A stretch of 64,000 bases of DNA from an uncultured virus (IMG/VR IMGVR_UViG_3300027749_003369) (Duplodnaviria; Heunggongvirae; Uroviricota; Caudoviricetes). Below, one piece after another: positions 57,283-64,000 of the stretch (the first letter of the stretch is position 1; each line of letters begins with the position of its first letter). The stretch lies in IMG/VR virus record IMGVR_UViG_3300027749_003369; one strand, 5' to 3'. Made by a program: the position numbers and the translations under genes. The notes beneath the pieces are model-generated. The model had not been told where the DNA came from. It saw only the letters and a list, made by a program, of their open reading frames with translations, and did no database searches.

Positions 57283-57651
57283 ATGAAAACATTTGAAACA
57301 TCCTTAATAGATAATTCTTTTGAAGATAAAATACAATCTAAATTAGACATACAAAAATTATTAAAAAAATTTAAAAATACATATTTTAAATATTCGTATT
57401 TTTCTAGTAAAGATAATAAAGAATATTTAGATTTTTTATATATTATAAAAGAAAGAATCATATACAAAACCAAATTTTCAGACATTGCTAAAAAATTAAA
57501 TTGTAGTAAACACCATGTTTTATATTTTTATTATAAAAATTTAGAACTTTTAAAACAAACAAAAAATGATGTTGATTTTAATACAGAATATAAAAAAATG
57601 AAATACTGGCAAAATATAGAAAAAACATTAACAAAAACAACGAAAAGATAA
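57283..57651 (+). CDS. Very AT-rich ORF, possible sigma region-4-like HTH
   Basis: IIKER...TKFSDIAKKLNCSKHHV. Confidence 0.4.
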   Translation: MKTFETSLIDNSFEDKIQSKLDIQKLLKKFKNTYFKYSYFSSKDNKEYLDFLYIIKERIIYKTKFSDIAKKLNCSKHHVLYFYYKNLELLKQTKNDVDFNTEYKKMKYWQNIEKTLTKTTKR

Positions 57652-57655
57652 ATAT

Positions 57656-57994
57656 ATGAGAAAATACTTGATTTTTTTAATAGCACTAGGTTTACTAGTG
57701 TATGGTCTTTTAACTGTTTTTATGAACTCAGTTAAGGCTAATGAATATAATACTGCTGTTATAGGCCATGTTATTACACAAAAGGTATCTGGCCAACCAG
57801 TTGATGCTTCTAAATTAATGGAACAAGAAATGGCACGTGCAGCTCATTTGTTTGCAATTGATGCTATTAATATATTCCAAAAGTATTTGCCTACTATCTT
57901 AGATAAGATGTCGGCAGAATTAAGAGCTGAAGCAGATAAACAATATAAATGTAGCCTGTTAAAAGATACAAAAATACAGGACGATTGTAAATAG
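57656..57994 (+). CDS. Secreted/membrane hypothetical protein
   Basis: Signal peptide. Confidence 0.55.
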   Translation: MRKYLIFLIALGLLVYGLLTVFMNSVKANEYNTAVIGHVITQKVSGQPVDASKLMEQEMARAAHLFAIDAINIFQKYLPTILDKMSAELRAEADKQYKCSLLKDTKIQDDCK

Positions 57995-58003
57995 TGGTGG
58001 TAT

Positions 58004-58417
58004 ATGGAACAGATAACAAAACAGAAAGTTTTGACAATTAGAAAAAAACTTATGCCATTGTTATCTCTAAAAAACAAATATATAACCACATATAAAGATA
58101 TAAAAAAATATTTCAAAATGTTAAATAAAGGTATCTTCGACAACAAATTACCACCATTCAACGACATACTAATTAAAGAACTTAAAAGACAGAATTGTTC
58201 AGGTCAAGTAGTTACTATTGACTGGAAAAGAAAAGGTACACAGATTATTGTATTGGAAATGGATAAACAATACGAAAGTAAAAAAGATTTCTTGGACACG
58301 TTAGCCCACGAAATGGTACATCTATATCAATTTACACATGTAAATGATACAGGTGCTCACAACAAACTATTTTATAGTTTTGAACCTAAACTTAAATACG
58401 TTGGTTTAAAGTTATAA
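58004..58417 (+). CDS. SprT-like zinc metalloprotease
   Basis: LAHEMVH..Q...H...F. Confidence 0.75.
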   Translation: MEQITKQKVLTIRKKLMPLLSLKNKYITTYKDIKKYFKMLNKGIFDNKLPPFNDILIKELKRQNCSGQVVTIDWKRKGTQIIVLEMDKQYESKKDFLDTLAHEMVHLYQFTHVNDTGAHNKLFYSFEPKLKYVGLKL

Positions 58418-58435
58418 ACAAAAGAAAGATATATA

Positions 58436-58765
58436 ATGACGCAAGTGATAACAAAAAAGTTCAAAGATGATTATCTTAAATCATCTATTTTTAATTCTAT
58501 TAAAGCAATAGAAGATTTTACCAAAAATAAAAGACGAGGTGATCAGATCGTTTATTATGAAGGTAATTTTCAAGAAGATGTTTTAAATAATTTCTCTAAT
58601 AAAGAATCAGAAGAAATATTTAATACTATGAAAAAATACTTGAACGATTACAGATTAATCTTTTTACAAAAGAAGATTAAACTTAATGATGTTAATGCTC
58701 AAGTTAGTGAATTGAATGAACCAAAACACTACTTTTCATACATTGTAAGTAAACGAATATTTTAA
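58436..58765 (+). CDS. Hypothetical protein
   Basis: ORF. Confidence 0.5.
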   Translation: MTQVITKKFKDDYLKSSIFNSIKAIEDFTKNKRRGDQIVYYEGNFQEDVLNNFSNKESEEIFNTMKKYLNDYRLIFLQKKIKLNDVNAQVSELNEPKHYFSYIVSKRIF

Positions 58766-58777
58766 TTATATAATTAT

Positions 58778-59476
58778 ATGAAAAGACCTTGTTATTGGTA
58801 CATCAGATATAGACTGCCTAGAAAAATAAAATATTATTTTAGACAAGCAATGGCAATTATTGGTATTACATTAATTGGATTTGGTATAGGTACATTTTTT
58901 CCTAACTTTATATCACAACATAGTGTAGAAGAAAAGGCCATAGATAGAACTATGAAATGGGCAAAAGAAATTGGTTTTATGGAACCAAGAATAGAAACTC
59001 ATAATGATGAGATTTTTATTAAAACTATGCAGAAATGTATCGCCTATTTAAATTTAGAGTTACATAAAGACGAACAAATACCTGATGAACTTATTATTGC
59101 ACAAGCCATAATTGAAAGTAATGCAGGCACAAGTAGATTTGCCAGAGATGGAAATAATTTATTTGGTGTTAGAGTATGGAATAAAGACAAAGGTATGTTA
59201 CCAGCAGGTTATAATGAAAACTTATCTTGGAGAGTTAAATCTTATCATAGTAAGTGTGCTTCAGTTCGTGATTATATCAAAATCTTAAATACTAAAGAAG
59301 CTTATGCTAGATTTAGAGAAATAAGAGCACAACAAAATAGATGGTGGGGCAGGGTTGATTCTATTGCTTTGGCAAAAGGTCTTGATAATTGGAGTACTAC
59401 AAAAGACTACAATCAACAAGTTATAAATATAATTAGAAAAATAAGAGAAGAAGGAAAGGTGGTTATTAAAAGATGA
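58778..59476 (+). CDS. Glucosaminidase (GH73/Bax-like) peptidoglycan hydrolase, membrane-anchored
   Basis: AQAIIESNAG.SRFA..GNNLFG, LNT..AY..FR. Confidence 0.8.
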   Translation: MKRPCYWYIRYRLPRKIKYYFRQAMAIIGITLIGFGIGTFFPNFISQHSVEEKAIDRTMKWAKEIGFMEPRIETHNDEIFIKTMQKCIAYLNLELHKDEQIPDELIIAQAIIESNAGTSRFARDGNNLFGVRVWNKDKGMLPAGYNENLSWRVKSYHSKCASVRDYIKILNTKEAYARFREIRAQQNRWWGRVDSIALAKGLDNWSTTKDYNQQVINIIRKIREEGKVVIKR

Positions 59477-59751
59477 ACGATCTATTATTCTTCGTAATAT
59501 CAGGCACTGTTATTGGTCTATCTTATTACCTTGGTTTTAAAAATGGTAATGATAAAAAAGTCAAGGAAGAAATAAGACAATTCTTACATGAAGTAACAGT
59601 ATCTAAAATGACACATGATATTTTTATGCAACGAGCTAAAAATGAAACAAGATTATTTTTAAAAGCTCTAGGTGCAGAAGATATTGATGCTAGAAAAATT
59701 AGAACTCCAAAGTTACCAAAACCAGAGGAATTTGATTCTAGTAACAAATAA
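59473..59751 (+). CDS. Small membrane protein
   Basis: N-terminal TM. Confidence 0.5.
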   Translation: MNDLLFFVISGTVIGLSYYLGFKNGNDKKVKEEIRQFLHEVTVSKMTHDIFMQRAKNETRLFLKALGAEDIDARKIRTPKLPKPEEFDSSNK

Positions 59752-59756
59752 TTAAT

Positions 59757-60755
59757 ATGTTGAATATATTACTATTTCTATCGGGTATTTCCGTATCTAT
59801 TATAGGTGCTGGTTATTCTATTATAGGATTAGCCTCATTATTTGCAGGTGCTTATTGGGCAGTTGTAACAATGGGTATCACATTAGAGATAGCAAAATTA
59901 GTAACCGTATCATGGTTATATAGAAATTGGGAATCTAAATTATTACCAAACGCAATAAGATATTATTTGACATCTGCTATATTGATGTTAATGTTTATTA
60001 CTTCAATAGGTATTTTTGGTTTTTTATCAAAGGCGCATTTAGATCAGGCCGCACCTAATACAGGTAATAGATTATTAGTTAAGAACATTGAAAGACAAAT
60101 AGAATCAGAAAAGAAATCATTAGAAGGCGCTCAAAAAATTGTAGATCAATTAGACAGAGCATTAGATAAAGTAATTGATAGAGACGCAGATAAAGGACTT
60201 TCAGAAAGACAAAAACAACAGAATGAACGAAATAGAGTTAATAACGTTATAGCAAGTTCATCAAAGAAGATTACAGAACTATCAAATCAAAAACTTAAAT
60301 TAGATAAAGACCAATTGGCCATAGATAAAGATATAGGGCCATTCAAATACGTTGCAGAATTAATATATGGCGATAGTATGGACGGCAACTTAGACAGAGC
60401 GGTTAGATTGGTTATTATATGCTTAATACTGGTGTTCGATCCGTTGGCAGTATTAATGTTAATAGCATTTAACGTATCTATTAGAGAAAAAGAACTTATT
60501 AATGGTATTGTTAAAAAACCTATTATAATAAAAGAACCTATAAAAGAATCGGATTTAGAAAGCAAAATAAGATCACATGCAATAAAAGAATTTATTGAAA
60601 AAGTAGATAAAAAAGAATCAAAAAAAGAACGTGAAAGAGATTACAAAGCATTAGTACAAAAAATAGGTGCTAAAGAATTGGAAGGTTTAAATCCAGATGA
60701 GATTAAAGTTAAATTAGATCAGATATACGACTGGAACGAGAACAGTAAAAAATAA
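59757..60755 (+). CDS. Multi-TM coiled-coil protein conserved in large phages
   Basis: LE.AKLV..SWLY..W, ITS.GIFGFLSKAH, GP.KY.A and FDPLA. Confidence 0.65.
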   Translation: MLNILLFLSGISVSIIGAGYSIIGLASLFAGAYWAVVTMGITLEIAKLVTVSWLYRNWESKLLPNAIRYYLTSAILMLMFITSIGIFGFLSKAHLDQAAPNTGNRLLVKNIERQIESEKKSLEGAQKIVDQLDRALDKVIDRDADKGLSERQKQQNERNRVNNVIASSSKKITELSNQKLKLDKDQLAIDKDIGPFKYVAELIYGDSMDGNLDRAVRLVIICLILVFDPLAVLMLIAFNVSIREKELINGIVKKPIIIKEPIKESDLESKIRSHAIKEFIEKVDKKESKKERERDYKALVQKIGAKELEGLNPDEIKVKLDQIYDWNENSKK

Positions 60756-60797
60756 TATTGACAAAAATTCAATTAAATGATATTATGATATTATATT

Positions 60798-60950
60798 ATG
60801 ACAAAATTAAATCTTACAAATAAACTACAACAAAAACTTATAAAAAACGCATTTAGAGCTTGTGAAAAAGCAGAATCTAAATGGGCACAAAAATTTTGGT
60901 TTGGTATTTGGAAAAAATTATGTCAAAAATATAAAAAAGGTATACATTAA
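60798..60950 (+). CDS. Small hypothetical protein (50 aa, not in ORF track)
   Basis: Promoter TTGACA(60758)-17-TATTAT; TAATG coupling. Confidence 0.45.
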   Translation: MTKLNLTNKLQQKLIKNAFRACEKAESKWAQKFWFGIWKKLCQKYKKGIH

Positions 60951-61495
60951 TGGAAAATGATATAAAATCTTTCATGTCTAAAATAGAAATAGATAAACTT
61001 GTTGAACATATAAAATTATTACCTAAAAATTCCTTAATAGTAGAATGGGGAAGTGGTGGCACAACAATAGAATTATTAAAAAATCTTAGAAAAGATCAAT
61101 CTATGATTTCAATTGAACATGACAAAACATGGTTTGATTTAGTATCAAACAAGACAAAACTTTTTAAAAATCATACGTATTTTCATAAACCAGAAACAAA
61201 TTTAATTCGCACAATAGGCCATCCAGAAGAAGAAAATCCGGCAGAGTTAAAAGATTACATATTGCCAAATGAAACGATATTAAATGCTAACATGTTTATT
61301 ATAGATGGTTTAGCTAGAGTAACAATAGCATTAATGTTATTAGCAAAAGCTAAAAGAAATTCGGTAATTTTTATACATGATTATGTTGGCAGAGAACAAT
61401 ATTATGATCTATTACCTAAACTTTTTAAAATAGAAAAATTGGAAGATTCTCATATAGGCAATCAAAGAACATTAACAAAGTTATATATAAAATGA
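60950..61495 (+). CDS. Class I SAM-dependent methyltransferase-like protein
   Basis: VEWGSGGTT, SIEHD..W, IIDG..R and IHDY. Confidence 0.7.
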   Translation: MENDIKSFMSKIEIDKLVEHIKLLPKNSLIVEWGSGGTTIELLKNLRKDQSMISIEHDKTWFDLVSNKTKLFKNHTYFHKPETNLIRTIGHPEEENPAELKDYILPNETILNANMFIIDGLARVTIALMLLAKAKRNSVIFIHDYVGREQYYDLLPKLFKIEKLEDSHIGNQRTLTKLYIK

Positions 61496-62061
61496 ATATA
61501 TTTTATCTACATAAAGATCCTATTAAAGCGGCAGAAATGTCTTGTGATAAACATGTTTGTAAAATGATTATAGAATCAGCACAAATGTTGTCTACCGCAC
61601 ACAGAGTATTAGACGGTCAAGAATTTACAGATAAAACTGCAAACGGTCGTAGTATAAAAAGATGGCGACACCCAGATAAAGACTTAGATAAAATTTTATA
61701 TAAAGCCAGTCATATTAAACATCCAAGCACACAGTGGGTAATGTATAACCTACACAACTATGTATGGTTATATAGACACATGATGGCATTACACAATCAA
61801 TTTAAATTAAGATATAATAAATCTGAAGATCACATGACAATACAAAAACTAGGCAATGTATTAAAAGATGCACCTAAAAGATTGCCTGTAAGAGATCAAA
61901 AAGAACCTACACCAGCAATGCCAGATGAATGTAAAGTACCAGGCGATGCAGTGGCCAGTTACAGAAAATATTATATAATGAAGAAAAGAGATTTTGCTAC
62001 ATGGAAAAGTCCAGCAATAATGCCAGACTGGTATAAAAAAGGAATTGAAAATGCAAGATAA
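61492..62061 (+). CDS. Pyrimidine dimer DNA glycosylase / DenV-like family
   Basis: MNIFYL, DKHV.KMI.E.AQML.TAH, HPS..W, AMPD and YR.YY. Confidence 0.75.
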   Translation: MNIFYLHKDPIKAAEMSCDKHVCKMIIESAQMLSTAHRVLDGQEFTDKTANGRSIKRWRHPDKDLDKILYKASHIKHPSTQWVMYNLHNYVWLYRHMMALHNQFKLRYNKSEDHMTIQKLGNVLKDAPKRLPVRDQKEPTPAMPDECKVPGDAVASYRKYYIMKKRDFATWKSPAIMPDWYKKGIENAR

Positions 62062-62305
62062 TGATTCTAAAGAATTAAAAGAAGTTTACAATACTGTATT
62101 TCAGGAAGTTGCTAGACTTATATTGGTAGAAAAAAGACAAACACAGATAGTTGCCGCAACCTTATTAGCACAAGCATTAAGATTATACAAATCATCTTTA
62201 AATGATGCTGATTTTTTAAGAATGTTAAAATCAATACCTGAATCGGTTGATAATATAAGACCTTATGACGAATTTGAACCTAAAGATAAACAAACAATAA
62301 ATTAA
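62051..62305 (+). CDS. Hypothetical protein
   Basis: ORF. Confidence 0.5.
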   Translation: MQDNDSKELKEVYNTVFQEVARLILVEKRQTQIVAATLLAQALRLYKSSLNDADFLRMLKSIPESVDNIRPYDEFEPKDKQTIN

Positions 62306-62511
62306 TGAAAATAACAAGAAAAAGAAGTTTTGTAAAAGCACTAATATATAGAATTTGGATATTCACATGTACCTTTGTAATGTTATTATTAACAGGACAA
62401 AAATTTAAAGATGCGATATGGACAACAATAGGTTTTAATTTTGTTTTAACTTTTACATATTATAGTTATGATAGATTATGGCAGCATATTAAATGGGGTA
62501 TAGAGAAATGA
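62305..62511 (+). CDS. DUF2061-like membrane protein (second copy)
   Basis: RSFVKALIYR...YY.YDRLW..IKWG. Confidence 0.65.
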   Translation: MKITRKRSFVKALIYRIWIFTCTFVMLLLTGQKFKDAIWTTIGFNFVLTFTYYSYDRLWQHIKWGIEK

Positions 62512-62906
62512 AAAAAATATTTTTAATTATTTTATTTTTTATAGAAAATGCTTATGGTAATAATACTTCTACAACTATGACGGTAAATGTTAAAGTAATT
62601 GAAAATTACGAAAAAAATAAAATTATTAATGCTAATTATTTAATAAATGAAAATAAAATAACTATTACTAATAATCAACCAATAGTTTTATTTTCTGAAA
62701 AAAATGGTACAACCACAACAAATATAATAAGAGAAATTGATTATAATTGTTGTTATTGTACACAAAAATATAGTGATGGCACCTATATAGATGAAGAAAA
62801 AAATTCTTACTTATTTGATAAAAGAACAAACAAGATAGCTATAAATTATTTAAATCAGAATACTGGTAAAGTTATATTTTGTCCAAAGATAAATATTAAG
62901 AAATAA
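62508..62906 (+). CDS. Secreted hypothetical protein
   Basis: Signal peptide; Asn-rich. Confidence 0.45.
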   Translation: MKKIFLIILFFIENAYGNNTSTTMTVNVKVIENYEKNKIINANYLINENKITITNNQPIVLFSEKNGTTTTNIIREIDYNCCYCTQKYSDGTYIDEEKNSYLFDKRTNKIAINYLNQNTGKVIFCPKINIKK

Positions 62907-62907
62907 T

Positions 62908-63234
62908 ATGCCAATATATAGCTTTGAAAATATTAAAACAGGTAAAGAATATACAGAACACTTGTCAATGTCTGAATTAGATGCCTATTTAAAAAAAAAT
63001 AAAAATATAAGACAAATATTTACATCTCTAAATATTGTTGGTGGAGTATCTGGTTTAACTCATAAAACAGATAGTGGTTGGCAAGACAATCTACAACGTA
63101 TTGCTGAAGCTCATCCTTCTTCTCCATTAGGTCAAAGATTTAAGAAAAAAGGTATTAAAGAAATTAGAACACAACAAGTTTTAGAAAAACATAAAAAAAG
63201 ACAAAAGGATTTAAAAAAGAATGGCAAACGATAA
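62908..63234 (+). CDS. FmdB-like hypothetical protein
   Basis: MPIYSF.N..TG N-terminus. Confidence 0.55.
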   Translation: MPIYSFENIKTGKEYTEHLSMSELDAYLKKNKNIRQIFTSLNIVGGVSGLTHKTDSGWQDNLQRIAEAHPSSPLGQRFKKKGIKEIRTQQVLEKHKKRQKDLKKNGKR

Positions 63235-63619
63235 AATACCAGATTACATGAAGGGGTTTGACCTTGCTCAAGATGATTGGGGATTTGAAACCACACCTAC
63301 AGCAACTACAATACAACAACCTACTATAGATCCTAAAGTTATAGAAACCAGTGGTGCAGATATTACAAATATTAAAAAAGATATAACTTCAATTAATTTA
63401 ATGATCAACGAGATCATGGATATATTAAATGAAGAAAACGCAAACAAAAATAAAGACGTTGATGTTGATGTACAACAAAGATTCAAAGATATAGAAAAAA
63501 TTATATTACCTTTCTTATACAATTTAAGTAAGAGTAATGAACCATATATACATTGGCCAAATAGGGGTCCAATTATTAAAGCTCAGATAGAAAAAATATT
63601 AAAATTAACTAGAGGATAA
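63221..63619 (+). CDS. Conserved hypothetical protein
   Basis: DDWGF; ILPFL.NL...PYIHWPNR. Confidence 0.55.
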   Translation: MANDKIPDYMKGFDLAQDDWGFETTPTATTIQQPTIDPKVIETSGADITNIKKDITSINLMINEIMDILNEENANKNKDVDVDVQQRFKDIEKIILPFLYNLSKSNEPYIHWPNRGPIIKAQIEKILKLTRG

Positions 63620-63622
63620 TAA

Positions 63623-64000
63623 ATGAACATAGTACAATTAAGAGAACAATTAAAAATTGATGAAGGTGTTAAATATGAAATTTATAAAGACCATTTAGGT
63701 TACGATACATTTGGTATTGGTCATTTAGTAGTTAAAGAAGATGAAGAATTTGGTAAACCAGTTGGAACAAAAGTTAGTGAAGATAGAGTAAATGCGGTAT
63801 TTACTAGAGACGTATTAAAAATGATATCAGAAGCAAAATTATTATTTCCAAAATTTGATACTCTACCAGAAGAAGCTCAACAAGTTATAACTAACATGAT
63901 TTTTAATATGGGTAGACCAAGATTATCTAACTTTAAGAAGTTTATAACATATATTAACGAAAGTAAGTGGTTAGAAGCATCAAATGAAATGTTAAATAGT
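63623..64000 (+). CDS. e: T4-type lysozyme (GH24), 3' truncated
   Basis: MNIVQLREQLKIDEG...YKDHLGY.TFGIGHL...MIFNMG with E-D-T catalytic triad. Confidence 0.85.
   Translation, partial: MNIVQLREQLKIDEGVKYEIYKDHLGYDTFGIGHLVVKEDEEFGKPVGTKVSEDRVNAVFTRDVLKMISEAKLLFPKFDTLPEEAQQVITNMIFNMGRPRLSNFKKFITYINESKWLEASNEMLNS

Noticed and set aside
56490..59429. Intragenic TATAAATA matches at 56490 and 59422 as late promoters
   Set aside because: Plausible but inside coding regions of a very AT-rich genome, so they cannot be distinguished from chance
4666..63522. Minus-strand ORFs and alternative-frame + ORFs in the track (e.g. 4666, 21484, 26088, 42139, 45182)
   Set aside because: They are shadows of well-supported + strand genes, with no motifs or translation signals
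1..64000. Stop-codon reassignment
   Set aside because: Core genes are full length in the standard code; TAA, TAG and TGA all terminate genes; no suppressor tRNA
1..64000. CRISPR array, integrase or IS element
   Set aside because: No regularly spaced repeats and no transposase or integrase motifs seen

Overview
AT-rich segment of a large T4-like (Tevenvirinae/Kyanoviridae-type) myovirus genome, with every credible gene on the + strand. The host is probably an alphaproteobacterium such as SAR11/LD12; this is inferred from bS21, peptide deformylase, Hsp20 with a ROSE-like leader, an adrenodoxin-type ferredoxin and a GAAC-N7-GAAC box. The window holds the core replication and recombination genes (uvsW, 55, 47, 46, 45, 44, 62, regA, 43, uvsX, 41, 61, nrdAB, rnh). 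It also holds translation-related accessory genes (bS21, deformylase, a RimK-RimB fusion and two unusual tRNA-Gly), two DUF4338/DruA-like paralogs, a GmrSD-like nuclease, SpeD, a late cluster of putative head-internal proteins and enzymes, membrane/secreted proteins, early small ORFs and a partial lysozyme. The most notable observations are: (1) a ligase-like/kinase/nucleotidyltransferase/HxGH-transferase cassette whose proteins carry T4 capsid-targeting-like N-termini; (2) a tRNA-Gly with anticodon ACC and a second tRNA-Gly with a tmRNA-type GGCAGUA T-loop; (3) six promoters with a helically phased IHF-consensus site; (4) apparent GGCC enrichment. All family calls come from motif recognition by eye; no database search was run.
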